Of a stretch of 41,098 nucleotides of DNA, positions 25,934 through 35,388 are shown piece after piece (position 1 is the stretch's first letter; each line of letters opens with the position of its first letter). Both the position numbers and the translations under genes were made by a program. Under the pieces are notes generated by a model that saw nothing but the letters and a program-made list of their open reading frames with translations, did no database searches and was not told where the DNA came from. Origin of the DNA: a virus; UHGV virus genome UHGV-0386433. The stretch is one strand, 5' to 3'.

Positions 25934-27727
25934 GTGTTTTTAAAGCAATCCATATTATCTGACGCAGAACAGAACACTGAGGGATTAAAGATTGTTTATG
26001 ACGATTTGGCCCCTTATGCCAAAGAAAATAGTACAGCATCCATTACAAGACCTGGATTAAGACCGAGATTAGGGCTTCATCCAGGCCCTGGTTTACATCC
26101 GCGTGGGACGATAACAGAGCAAGAATTCCCGGAATTAAAGCGGGATGATATTTCTTATCCCGGATACGCTCTATGCTTTCCACGGTTTTCTTTATTAAAT
26201 GGAAAGTATATTAATTTTCCAGATAATCCGCTTCCTTACGGATACATAAGCCCGGAAGTATCAAATGAGCAAGGATTGTTTGGGTATATTAAGCAGAGCC
26301 AGGGGCTTAAACCTCAAATGGGTTTGCATCCAGGAATGTTTTTATACCCGAAATCAACAACTGAAACGTTGATTGAATCCCCCATGTTAACAGTGACATT
26401 TAATCAGAAATTTACTAGTGTAGGGTTGCTTTTTACTTTTAATATGATGTCGGGCGATTATTGCACCAGAATGAGAATTAAGTGGTACTCGGATAATAGC
26501 CTATTGTCAGATATGGAGTTTTACCCGGATTCAGTGCGATATTTTTGTAATAATTATGTGAGAGGATATAATAAGCTGGAAATCACATTTTTACAGACAT
26601 CAAAACCCATCAGGCCGGTATTTGTCACCAGAATAGATTATGGAATATACAGAGACTTTCTGGACAACGAATTGCTGGAAAGAAACTGTTTGCAAGAAAT
26701 CAATGCCATATCAGAAAGCATAAGTATCAACACTTTGAATTTTACGGTCAGAACAACATCTAATATACCGTTTGATTTGCAAAAAAAGCAGAAGCTTACA
26801 CTGTATTTTAATGGAGAGTTGATAGGGAATTTTTATCTAAAAAACGGCGCAAGAAAAAACAAAACAGATTACCATATGGACGCGCATGATGCAGTGGGTG
26901 TATTGGATGGTAATGAGTTCGCTGGAGGAATATATACAGGCCAGCCGGTTTCTGAAGTATTAGAAAAAATATTTGAGAATGAAGATTTTAATTATTTATT
27001 GGATGAATCATTTTCAGATATTCCGCTTTATGGATACATACCGTATACCACAAAGAGAAACGCATTAGTATACATATGCTTTGCTATTGGAGCTATTGCA
27101 GATACAAGCAATTATGATGGAATTGTTATATATCCACAGGAGAATGCTTTGAGTGGTGAATTCTTGCCGGATGAAGTGTTTTCCGGTGTTACATTAGAGC
27201 ATTCTGATATTGTTACTGGAATCAGGCTGACAGTACATACTTATAAAAAATCTAATGAAGCGCAAGAATTATATAATGATACTTTAAATGGAACAGCAGA
27301 GATTATTTTTAGCGAGCCTTATCACAGTCTGGACATAGCTGGTGGAATCATTGGTCAGCACGGGGATAACTATGCCTATATAACTGGAACTGGTGGAAAT
27401 GTAACACTGACTGGTAAGAGATACAACCATCTCACCACATCAATCCTTAAAGAAAATCCAGATATTGTATTTAATAAAAACATCCGTGAAGTAACAGACG
27501 CAACATTGGTTTATAGTGGTAATGCGCAGCAAGTGCTTGACCGCGTATATGCATATTATCAGCGAGCAGAAAATGTGGTGGGGGATGTTCTTATTGGAAC
27601 AAAAAAATTAGGACAGAAAGTCAAGATTGATACAGATTACGATGGATACCGCACAGGCATTATTGAGAGCTACAATTATAGCTTTTCTCCCAACGAAATT
27701 AAGGCAGAGGTAAAAATACATGAGTAA
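25934..27727 (+). CDS. Tail-associated (Tal/baseplate hub-like) protein.
   Basis: About 598 aa after a Dit-like gene. RBS AGGAGG 7 nt before GTG 25934. Confidence 0.5.
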   Translation: MFLKQSILSDAEQNTEGLKIVYDDLAPYAKENSTASITRPGLRPRLGLHPGPGLHPRGTITEQEFPELKRDDISYPGYALCFPRFSLLNGKYINFPDNPLPYGYISPEVSNEQGLFGYIKQSQGLKPQMGLHPGMFLYPKSTTETLIESPMLTVTFNQKFTSVGLLFTFNMMSGDYCTRMRIKWYSDNSLLSDMEFYPDSVRYFCNNYVRGYNKLEITFLQTSKPIRPVFVTRIDYGIYRDFLDNELLERNCLQEINAISESISINTLNFTVRTTSNIPFDLQKKQKLTLYFNGELIGNFYLKNGARKNKTDYHMDAHDAVGVLDGNEFAGGIYTGQPVSEVLEKIFENEDFNYLLDESFSDIPLYGYIPYTTKRNALVYICFAIGAIADTSNYDGIVIYPQENALSGEFLPDEVFSGVTLEHSDIVTGIRLTVHTYKKSNEAQELYNDTLNGTAEIIFSEPYHSLDIAGGIIGQHGDNYAYITGTGGNVTLTGKRYNHLTTSILKENPDIVFNKNIREVTDATLVYSGNAQQVLDRVYAYYQRAENVVGDVLIGTKKLGQKVKIDTDYDGYRTGIIESYNYSFSPNEIKAEVKIHE

Positions 27728-28157
27728 GTATTTAGAATCCCTTATTTTTGACCGTACGCAGTCAGACATAATAGAATTAACCGACAAGGCTTACATTGAT
27801 TACAAAGACCTAAACCGTGTCGAACAGGCAATCAAATGGGTATCTTATGTCCTTAATCAGTACGGATATAGAAATACGATTGTATCTAAGACATGGAAAC
27901 CGCAGGACCATAGGACGGATTACGAAATGGACCGTCTGAAAAAAAATATAGTTGCAATAAGGAATGCATACTATACAGACAGCAACACCCCGCTAACCCC
28001 TGATAAGATAACATACACATCAGTTTATCAGGCCAACGCCATAGAAAGAATCATTTATGATTTGGGGAATCTGATTGTAAAATCCTGTCCAGGTCCAAAC
28101 CATCTTGCATTCACACTTGGAAGGAAAACATTAGGAAACAGGAGTATAAGCCTATGA
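27720..28157 (+). CDS. Hypothetical tail/baseplate protein.
   Basis: Coupled ORF in the tail module. Confidence 0.45.
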   Translation: MSKYLESLIFDRTQSDIIELTDKAYIDYKDLNRVEQAIKWVSYVLNQYGYRNTIVSKTWKPQDHRTDYEMDRLKKNIVAIRNAYYTDSNTPLTPDKITYTSVYQANAIERIIYDLGNLIVKSCPGPNHLAFTLGRKTLGNRSISL

Positions 28158-28621
28158 GTTTGAAAACTGATTATAAAAATGATAAATTTTCTGGAATGCG
28201 TAAATACAAAATTGAAACTGATTCTGAAACCGGACTATCTACATTGGATGATAAAACCGAATATGTGGAGGTAGGGGACATATTCTCTGCTGATGATATC
28301 AATAATACAAATAAGGCCATTAACAAGATAGAAGGAACAGTTAATGATATGATTGGGGCAATCAGGCTCGATTTCCCTAAAACTGGGTGGAGCACCCAGG
28401 CACCATATAAACAGACTGTAAACAATGCGGGTATAAATGATACGGATGTCCCAGTGCCAATGTTCGAGTATCCTGTCATTAATTCGGAACAGCAACAGAA
28501 AGACGTGGACAGAAGCGTGGGGTATATCACCGACATAACAACGAATAATGGATCAGTGACCATTACATGTAATTATAGGAAACCAACAGCAGATTTCATA
28601 CTTGTATTGAAAGGAATATGA
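28154..28621 (+). CDS. Hypothetical tail/baseplate protein.
   Basis: Coupled ORF in the tail module. Confidence 0.45.
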   Translation: MSLKTDYKNDKFSGMRKYKIETDSETGLSTLDDKTEYVEVGDIFSADDINNTNKAINKIEGTVNDMIGAIRLDFPKTGWSTQAPYKQTVNNAGINDTDVPVPMFEYPVINSEQQQKDVDRSVGYITDITTNNGSVTITCNYRKPTADFILVLKGI

Positions 28622-29040
28622 CAATGAGAATCGGATTACCGTTTAAAGGAAGTGGGGTTGATGTGACCGGCCTAACCGCTACATCACCAAGAGTCAGAAA
28701 AGGAAAAACATTTTATGGAGCTGGGACTGATAATGAACAGTCTGGGACAATGCAAAATGTTGAAGCGGTTAATAAAAAGATGGATATAAATGAAACATAT
28801 AATATCATACCTGGATACCGTAATGGAAATGATATTTTTCACCAAAGCCTTGAAACATTTTATGGTACATTTGTTGACCCTGGTCCAGGTACACAAGTAG
28901 TTGAAACCAAGGGAAAATATGCGATGTATGATGTTATTGTATTGGAAGTAAGCGGTCTACGCCCGGATGTAATAAAATATGGTGTAGTTGTCGGCGAAGG
29001 AGAAGGGGCGGTAACTGGTACATGGCAGGGTTTTGTTTAG
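28618..29040 (+). CDS. Hypothetical tail/baseplate protein.
   Basis: Coupled ORF in the tail module. Confidence 0.45.
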   Translation: MTMRIGLPFKGSGVDVTGLTATSPRVRKGKTFYGAGTDNEQSGTMQNVEAVNKKMDINETYNIIPGYRNGNDIFHQSLETFYGTFVDPGPGTQVVETKGKYAMYDVIVLEVSGLRPDVIKYGVVVGEGEGAVTGTWQGFV

Positions 29041-29057
29041 TGAAATGGGTGGTGCAT

Positions 29058-29960
29058 ATGGCAAAATTGGCGTTACATAAATTTGGTAGTCAAGCGAATC
29101 TGGATGACTTAACAGCAATGCCAGAGGATGTATTGGAAGGTAATATATTCCTTGGAAAAGGGAGCGAAGAGAAACAGACTGGAACACTTCCAGACAAAAA
29201 ATCCCCAACAATTATATTGCCAGCAAATGGAGAAATAAACCTGGAGCCTGGATACTATTCTGGTGGGAAAGTTACTCAGAACATTGAAACCTTTAATGCG
29301 CAGACAATCGGTCCTGGAGCAAAACAAATCACTGTTAAGATAGCTGGAAAATATGGAAACGGCAATATCACCGTTAAACCAGTTAAAAATCTGACCCCTT
29401 CTGTCATTAAAAAAGGAGAATACGTTGCAGGAGTGGGACCTGGGCTGTGGGAAGGATATGTAAACGAGGACCCATATACCCCTTATCTGTTCGGAACATT
29501 TTATGGTTCCCAGGGTATTACATATTTCCGTTATACGACATATAGGCAAGGCACGGGTACAGTAAAGCTTGCAAGGGACCACATAGAAGCAAGCGCAGGG
29601 TCAGGGCAAACAGTAGCATTTGTGTTTGACCTACCTATCAATCTTACAAATGTAAAATCAGTTACAGTACAAATGTCAGGAACCGGAAAAGTTTGTAAGG
29701 TCATGGTGTGCCGGAATAGAGTGGAAAACTATATTGAGGAAGCATATCAGTCCGGTTCAAGCGTGCAATATAGATATAATCCGAATCTAGGTGACATATT
29801 ACTTGATGGGTCAATTGGAAGAAGTAGCTCTTCCGGCGCTGAATGGGAGCAAGAAAAAACATTTACCTTAAGCGGAATAACTGGCAATGCCTACCTGTAT
29901 ATTGGAGCTTCTGGGGCTGCGTTTGACTACAATTTATATTTGGCTAGATTTAATCTGTAA
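29058..29960 (+). CDS. Hypothetical tail fibre/baseplate protein (300 aa).
   Basis: ATG 29058 preceded by GGGTGGTG. Confidence 0.45.
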   Translation: MAKLALHKFGSQANLDDLTAMPEDVLEGNIFLGKGSEEKQTGTLPDKKSPTIILPANGEINLEPGYYSGGKVTQNIETFNAQTIGPGAKQITVKIAGKYGNGNITVKPVKNLTPSVIKKGEYVAGVGPGLWEGYVNEDPYTPYLFGTFYGSQGITYFRYTTYRQGTGTVKLARDHIEASAGSGQTVAFVFDLPINLTNVKSVTVQMSGTGKVCKVMVCRNRVENYIEEAYQSGSSVQYRYNPNLGDILLDGSIGRSSSSGAEWEQEKTFTLSGITGNAYLYIGASGAAFDYNLYLARFNL

Positions 29961-29969
29961 GGAGGTTAC

Positions 29970-30485
29970 ATGAATAACATAGAAAATATCCAAGAATATA
30001 TACCTACTGTGTATGTTAATGACTCTGAGCCGGATTTGGATGAGACAAACTTAAACAAAACAGAACAGGCAATAAAACGGGTAACTGATGCAGCCAATAA
30101 AGCAATTGATGCATTAAAGCAACTGGACCGGGAGAAGTTAGCGTTATCTGCTATATCTAACGTATTATCTGATGCTACAGATAAGGTTCCATCATTGGCT
30201 TTAGCTAATACAATGCAGCTCGCGATTAATGACTTAAATAGCAATTTAAGCCAAAAGGCCAATAGTAGTGATTTGACAAATGTATCCAACGTTGCGGCGG
30301 CGGCTAATGGAAAAGTGGAACTAAGTGGTGGCCCAATTAAAATCATTGCCTACTCAGGTGATGGTAAATGGGCATTTCAGCAACAATATAATGACGGAAA
30401 AATATTATCACTCAGTATTAATGATACTCAAATTGCTTATGATTACTATGACGGTAAAACCTGGACTAATAAATGGACCAAGTGA
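29970..30485 (+). CDS. Tail-fibre-like protein (171 aa).
   Basis: RBS AAGGAGG. Sits upstream of the XkdW/XkdX-like genes. Confidence 0.45.
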   Translation: MNNIENIQEYIPTVYVNDSEPDLDETNLNKTEQAIKRVTDAANKAIDALKQLDREKLALSAISNVLSDATDKVPSLALANTMQLAINDLNSNLSQKANSSDLTNVSNVAAAANGKVELSGGPIKIIAYSGDGKWAFQQQYNDGKILSLSINDTQIAYDYYDGKTWTNKWTK

Positions 30486-30658
30486 TTATTTGTTCCATGA
30501 GGGTTTCCACGTACCATTCTCACGGTAGAAAAACTGCATTGTGCCATCCGTGGTTCCAACATTAAGAGCATAGCCAAATTCTCTATTCTCTCCGGTTAGC
30601 CACTGGATTATAACATTATTACCGTCAATTCCAATTGCAAATCCGGTGACATTGACCA
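30485..30658 (-). CDS. Possible small convergent ORF (57 aa; MVNVTGFAIGIDGNNVIIQWLTGENREFGYALNVGTTDGTMQFFYRENGTWKPSWNK).
   Basis: Lies in a 270-bp + strand gap. No clear SD. Confidence 0.2.
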
Positions 30659-30757
30659 TAACAATTGAGTTTTTTAAATTGTTAAAATCATCAGTGTTGG
30701 TTTTATCTGATAAATTGCTATTTTGCTATATAAAAACATACCCATGAAAGGAGTAAA

Positions 30758-31171
30758 ATGAACCAATTAAAACTATTAAACAACACAAAATACGACTTAA
30801 TTACAAACGGGGTGGAAGAATCAGGCGATTACCTAACCCTGTCGTTTCTTCCCGTCCTAGATAGTTTTGAAACGGTAGAATCCGAATTTAATCCGACAAA
30901 TACAGAAAAAATTTACATACTTGGTTTGGACGGTCAGCCGATGGAAGTAAAAACCGGATTTACTCAGCTGGTTGAGATGCGCAAGAAAATGGATTATGTC
31001 ATTTCAGCTGAAACAGTAAATACCGGAACCGAGGAAGAGCCGAATTATGAAACCAATGAAGTGAAGGATAGCATTATGGTTGTTAAACTTCGTAGGCCAG
31101 ATATCCGGGACACAGTACAGACCTTGCAAGATACAGTGGATGCAATGATTTTAAGTCAACTGGAGGTGTAA
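30758..31171 (+). CDS. Hypothetical protein in the XkdW-equivalent position. No TM segment.
   Basis: RBS AAAGGAG. Placed between the fibre gene and the XkdX-like gene. Confidence 0.45.
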   Translation: MNQLKLLNNTKYDLITNGVEESGDYLTLSFLPVLDSFETVESEFNPTNTEKIYILGLDGQPMEVKTGFTQLVEMRKKMDYVISAETVNTGTEEEPNYETNEVKDSIMVVKLRRPDIRDTVQTLQDTVDAMILSQLEV

Positions 31172-31172
31172 T

Positions 31173-31298
31173 ATGTATACAACGTTAAAAAGGTTATATA
31201 ACAATGGAAAAGGGCCATTAACCGTTGATGAGCTTAACCGGGCTGTATTACTTGGATGGATTACAGAGCAGCAGAAAAACAGTATAATTGGAGGATGA
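31173..31298 (+). CDS. XkdX-family small phage protein (41 aa; LKRLYNNGKGPLTVDELNRAVLLGWITEQQ).
   Basis: Matches the XkdX pattern (W..Y..G.YT.E.V...V..G.IT.E). Not in the track. Confidence 0.5.
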   Translation: MYTTLKRLYNNGKGPLTVDELNRAVLLGWITEQQKNSIIGG

Positions 31299-31300
31299 TT

Positions 31301-32041
31301 ATGAGAGATATCACATTGTGTCATCCACGCTTACAGCTTTTAGCAGGTCAGTTAGTGGATGAATGTAATAAACAGGGATTAAAAATTAAGATAGGCGAAA
31401 CATTGCGAACTGTGGCAGAACAGGATGCGTTATATGCTCAGGGCAGGACTAAACCGGGGAACATTGTAACTAATGCTCCAGGCAGTAGCTACAGCTCATA
31501 TCATCAGTGGGGTACTGCCTTTGATATCTTCCGCAATGACGGAGCTGGAGCTTATAATGAAATTGGTGGATTTTTTAACCGTGTAGGTGCTATCGGTGTA
31601 TCTTTGGGACTTGAATGGGGTGGAAATTGGAAGTCTCCTGTGGACAAGCCACATTTCCAATTGCCGGATTGGGGAAGTAGCACATCTGGAATCAAGAAAC
31701 TATATCGCACCCCGGATGAATTTATGAAAACCTGGGTGACAGAGGGACGCACTGGCTGGATTAAGGATAATAACGGCTGGTGGTACCGCAGACCAGATGG
31801 AACTTACCCGGCTAATAAGTGGTGTGTCATAAATCACCATTGGTATCTGTTTAACAAAGACGGATATGCTTGCACCAGCTGGCACCGCTGGAATGGAAGT
31901 GCATGTGACCCGGATGATGGTTCGGGGGATTGGTATTACTTTGACCCTACACCAGACGGTCCATTGGAGGGGGCGTGCTGGCATAGCCAGGACAATGGGG
32001 CATTGGATGTCTGGTACATAGAGGATTCTAATTCAATATAA
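31301..32041 (+). CDS. Endolysin with an N-terminal M15-family (VanY/CwlK-like) zinc peptidase domain and C-terminal CW_binding_1-type repeats.
   Basis: Motif SSYHQWGTAFD (H-x6-D) plus upstream LYAQGRTKPGNIVTNAPG. C-terminal W...NG.WYY repeats. RBS GGAGGA precedes ATG 31301. Confidence 0.75.
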   Translation: MRDITLCHPRLQLLAGQLVDECNKQGLKIKIGETLRTVAEQDALYAQGRTKPGNIVTNAPGSSYSSYHQWGTAFDIFRNDGAGAYNEIGGFFNRVGAIGVSLGLEWGGNWKSPVDKPHFQLPDWGSSTSGIKKLYRTPDEFMKTWVTEGRTGWIKDNNGWWYRRPDGTYPANKWCVINHHWYLFNKDGYACTSWHRWNGSACDPDDGSGDWYYFDPTPDGPLEGACWHSQDNGALDVWYIEDSNSI

Positions 32042-32094
32042 AAGCGCCAGAACTTGACTCTGACGCTTATATAAATAAAGTACCATCTTCGGAA

Positions 32095-32120
32095 ATATGC
32101 AACACGAAATGCAACACGGA
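32095..32120. repeat. Pair of ATGCAACACG direct repeats (ATATGCAACACGAAATGCAACACGGA). Candidate integrase arm-type/attP sites.
   Basis: Exact 10-mers at 32097-32106 and 32109-32118. Confidence 0.5.
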
Positions 32121-32183
32121 GCCTACAAACCGCATAAAACCGTTGTATTTTACGGGTCCGATTCCCGTCAGCAGCTTTTCCAT

Positions 32184-32240
32184 AAAACCTTGTAGATACG
32201 GGAAAAACAACGTATTTACAAGGTTTTTTCATGTTTTTAA
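32184..32240. terminator. Long hairpin (17-bp stem AAAACCTTGTAGATACG / CGTATTTACAAGGTTTT with one G-U pair, 10-nt loop) followed by TTCATGTTTTT. Candidate bidirectional terminator between the endolysin and int genes.
   Basis: Read directly from the sequence. Confidence 0.55.
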
Positions 32241-32290
32241 ACATCACTTCCTCTGCCTATCACGGAGGAATATATTATATTTTTTATGAT

Positions 32291-32312
32291 ATATGCAACA
32301 CGATGCAACACG
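32291..32312. repeat. Second pair of contiguous ATGCAACACG repeats (ATATGCAACACGATGCAACACG), 18 bp downstream of the int stop.
   Basis: Exact 10-mers at 32293-32302 and 32303-32312. Confidence 0.5.
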
Positions 32313-32329
32313 AAAAATATGTTGTTTTA

Positions 32330-33400
32330 TTACATGCTGTTCAATTTTTCAAAGTGCTTATTAATTTTTTTGTTTTGCCGGACGGTTTCTGAGTCAATTG
32401 CATTTCTGTATACGGTTTTCATAATATTGTCGCTGGCCCATCCTCCCCGCTGCAAAATATATTGGTCCGGTATCCCTATAGCGTGCATAATGGATGCAGC
32501 ATAATGCCGGAGGTCGTGAAAGCGGAAATGGGGTATGTCAATCTTTTTGAGTACTCGCCCGAATCGGTGTGTGATGTAATCCGGGTTCATATCAACCAGC
32601 TTTCCTTTTTTTTCAGATATCCGGTCAATTACAAATGCTGGCATTTCTACATCCCTTGTACTGTCATCTGTCTTTGGCTGTTTGATATACCATTGATTGT
32701 CTGGCCCCTTGACCATATTATCTCTTACATGGATAATTTTTCCATCCACGTCCTTATCGGTTAGAGCGCTTATCTCCCCTCTCCTAAGTGGACCAAACGC
32801 AGCCAATAATACAGCTATCTCCAAATCAGTGCCTTTAATAGCATCCAGCAACTTTTTAATATCATTGTCATTGGGGCAATATAAGTTAGGACGTTTTTTT
32901 TGAGGCAGTTTAACGTTTAAAGTTAATTCGGGTGCAAACATTTCCAGCGTTGGAGATAACAGACCATAGGCATTTCTTACCGTCTTTGGAGATAGTTTTT
33001 TTGCAGCTAAATTACTTACCCATATTTGCACAGATGGACTTGTCAGTTCTGAAAGCTTTTTTTGGCCAAATGCGCCGCCGAAATACTGTCTTTGCAGACC
33101 AGTGTACCCTCTAAGAGTAGAAGGGCTTAAAACACCGCTCTTGGCGTTTAAATAGCGTTCAATAGCATCATTAACTGTAATATCTTCTTCGTCCTCTTCT
33201 GGTACGTTGTATTGTTCTATGGGCTTGTCCTTCATATCTAATTTCCATCTAGCTGCCATTTCTTGTGCGATTTTGCGTGATGGGGCAACAAAACTTTTGT
33301 AATGCCGTTTACCTTTCTCATCCGTATATAAGTATAATTGTACACGGATATTTTTGGATGGTAGTTCGCCTATTTTCTTTTTCGGGGCTTTCTTTGTCAT
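32330..33400 (-). CDS. int: Tyrosine integrase (phage integrase family), complete.
   Basis: Box I GPLRRGEI, Box II HDLRHYAAS and catalytic Tyr in TVYRNAI. True start is ATG 33400, after AAGGAGGAAAGG. The track's TTG at 33418 lies inside the RBS. Confidence 0.9.
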   Translation of the reverse strand: MTKKAPKKKIGELPSKNIRVQLYLYTDEKGKRHYKSFVAPSRKIAQEMAARWKLDMKDKPIEQYNVPEEDEEDITVNDAIERYLNAKSGVLSPSTLRGYTGLQRQYFGGAFGQKKLSELTSPSVQIWVSNLAAKKLSPKTVRNAYGLLSPTLEMFAPELTLNVKLPQKKRPNLYCPNDNDIKKLLDAIKGTDLEIAVLLAAFGPLRRGEISALTDKDVDGKIIHVRDNMVKGPDNQWYIKQPKTDDSTRDVEMPAFVIDRISEKKGKLVDMNPDYITHRFGRVLKKIDIPHFRFHDLRHYAASIMHAIGIPDQYILQRGGWASDNIMKTVYRNAIDSETVRQNKKINKHFEKLNSM

Positions 33401-33531
33401 TTTCCTTTCCTCCTTCAATTAATTTTCCTAAAAATAGGTATAAAAAATACAGCTCCGCAAATATCTTGCAAAGCCGCCCCGAAGATGGTACAATATAGGT
33501 GCGAATTATAGTGCATATCTTCGGGTATGTA

Positions 33532-33571
33532 GGCCGGTTCCTGTTGACGCAGGGGCCGGTTTTATTTTATT
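33532..33571 (+). terminator. + strand rho-independent terminator: CCGGTTCCTG-ttgacg-CAGGGGCCGG followed by TTTTATTTTATTT.
   Basis: 10-bp stem with two G-U pairs and a U-tract. The tract overlaps the 3' end of the - strand gene 33567..34502. Confidence 0.45.
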
Positions 33572-34502
33572 TGACTACGAAATATATTTTGTCTTGTGTC
33601 CAAAAACTAGTTTCAAATTCAACCTCTATATTTTGAGAGTCTTTTGGAACTTCAAAATATATTTTTCCTTTTAAATATTTTTCGGGAGAAACTGTTGCAA
33701 TAATATCCATTTGGTCATCCGCTGTAACAACTGATTGCGAACATTTGGTATCATCAGCATAGCATGTAAATGAAGTACTTCCTATTGATAAATCTGTATC
33801 TCCAGTGTTTTGTATTGATAAATCAATATAAATAAATTTGTTCCCTGATGCAGGTTCGATAAACATATTATCTGATGAATAGTCTCCGCTGTCTAAATAT
33901 GAAATATTAACTTTTTCTGATTCAAACAAATCTCCTACATTGAAGGTATTTATATCTTCTTCATGAGCGAGTGTTTCAGTTGGTGCATTAATAGTATTTT
34001 GATATATAATATCATTATTTTTTTGGGGAGTTGTTTTGTTTTTTGCAAGTAATGTAGAAAACACCGCAAAAAATATCAAAAAAAGTATAATAAATAAAAA
34101 TACTACTATGCAACCTTGGGTTTGACTTTTTTTACAATTTGGACATATAGTAGCTTTTATTGGTATTTCCGTTTTACAGAATTTACATAACTTTGAATTC
34201 AAATGAGTATCAGCGTTTTTTACTGTTTCCACTTTTCGAAATAATACATTTGGATTATTTTCTTCTATCAAATTAATTGCTCTTAGTACAGCATCATTTG
34301 ACTTATATCTAAAATCGAATAAGATTTTTTCATCCGTTTTTTTTATAAATGTAACATTTCCAACACTGGTTTTGTTTGCAAAGAAATATGTAATTTCATT
34401 TATGTCGTCATATTCTAAATCTAATCTTTTTCCAGACCAACTAAATAATGTTGATTTATTTTTTCCTACATACCATTCTTTTGTAGTTCCTTTAATACTC
34501 AA
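33567..34502 (-). CDS. Membrane-anchored zinc-ribbon protein with a DUF4352-like extracytoplasmic domain (311 aa). Candidate superinfection-exclusion/moron protein.
   Basis: CKFCKTEIPIKATICPNCKK zinc ribbon, TM helix CIVVFLFIILFLIFFAVFSTLL and a beta-rich C-terminal domain. AT-rich. Located between the int and repressor genes. Confidence 0.6.
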   Translation of the reverse strand: MSIKGTTKEWYVGKNKSTLFSWSGKRLDLEYDDINEITYFFANKTSVGNVTFIKKTDEKILFDFRYKSNDAVLRAINLIEENNPNVLFRKVETVKNADTHLNSKLCKFCKTEIPIKATICPNCKKSQTQGCIVVFLFIILFLIFFAVFSTLLAKNKTTPQKNNDIIYQNTINAPTETLAHEEDINTFNVGDLFESEKVNISYLDSGDYSSDNMFIEPASGNKFIYIDLSIQNTGDTDLSIGSTSFTCYADDTKCSQSVVTADDQMDIIATVSPEKYLKGKIYFEVPKDSQNIEVEFETSFWTQDKIYFVVK

Positions 34503-34505
34503 AAA

Positions 34506-34940
34506 TTAGTTTCTCCTTCCGATTATTTTAAAATCAAAAAGTTTTTCCCTATATCCCGTTAATCCAGCAAGTTGTTTTTTACTCATTCCTGGATTTTCCA
34601 ATATAGTTTTGTCCGGTATTAAAAGTTCAGCAGTAAAAATGTTTGCTTCTTGTTCGGGCTTAGCCTTACTAAAAAAGGTTCCTCCAAAAAACATACATTC
34701 AGTACCTTTGTGTAGCACCCCATGACCTACTTCATGGGCTAAGACAATATCACTGTATTTGGTATCGGTAATGCGTGAGTTGATGCATATACACGGTACT
34801 CCTTCGTATTCTATGTAGTAACCCGAGTATTGACCCAGGTCATGCTTTTGTACAATAAAACCTAAATAGTCCGCAATTTCCATAGGATTTCTGGTTCCGT
34901 ATTTTTCAACCAGATTCAAAACAGTATCTTTAATCTCCAA
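34506..34940 (-). CDS. ImmA/IrrE-family metallopeptidase (HEXXH: LAHEVGHGVLH).
   Basis: Zinc-metalloprotease motif. Directly downstream of the XRE repressor gene. Confidence 0.75.
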   Translation of the reverse strand: MEIKDTVLNLVEKYGTRNPMEIADYLGFIVQKHDLGQYSGYYIEYEGVPCICINSRITDTKYSDIVLAHEVGHGVLHKGTECMFFGGTFFSKAKPEQEANIFTAELLIPDKTILENPGMSKKQLAGLTGYREKLFDFKIIGRRN

Positions 34941-34943
34941 TCG

Positions 34944-35363
34944 CTACTCTCCAAAGCCTTCCTGCTTTTTCTTAATCTTAGCCGCCCTACAAAGTGATAA
35001 CAGTGAGTCTCTTAATAATTTATCCTCATCCTCATCCCCTGAGTAATCCTCGCCGTTAAATCTTAGGACAACCGTCTCGTTGTTCCTTATGCGCTTCATA
35101 ATTTCGTCAACATCATTAATAACATTAAGCTCTTCGTTATTAGAAAGAGTGGGCTTCTTTGCTTCTGGGGATTCCTCCTTCCCATAAAATACAGAAAGCG
35201 GAACTCCAAAATAATCGGCTATTTTCTGTAGTTTGTTTGCTTTAAAATTCCACTTTCCTTGTTTCCAACCTGTAAATGAGGCGGTTGAAATACCTGTCGC
35301 CTTTGCAACTTGGTAAGTAGTTACTCCATATTGCTTTAGAAGCGATTCAAATATTTCATACAT
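34944..35363 (-). CDS. XRE-family HTH repressor (cI/ImmR-like).
   Basis: N-terminal HTH (YQVAKATGISTASFTGWKQG). Divergent from the cro-like gene. Confidence 0.8.
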   Translation of the reverse strand: MYEIFESLLKQYGVTTYQVAKATGISTASFTGWKQGKWNFKANKLQKIADYFGVPLSVFYGKEESPEAKKPTLSNNEELNVINDVDEIMKRIRNNETVVLRFNGEDYSGDEDEDKLLRDSLLSLCRAAKIKKKQEGFGE

Positions 35364-35388
35364 TAGCTAGCTCCTTTCTTGAAAATAA

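Noticed and set aside
32095-32312. ATGCAACACG repeats as a CRISPR array
   Set aside because: Only 10-bp units in two adjacent pairs with no regular spacers. Better explained as integrase/att-region sites.
33401-33418. TTG start at 33418 for the integrase
   Set aside because: The TTG lies within the AAGGAGG ribosome-binding site. ATG 33400 is the properly spaced start.
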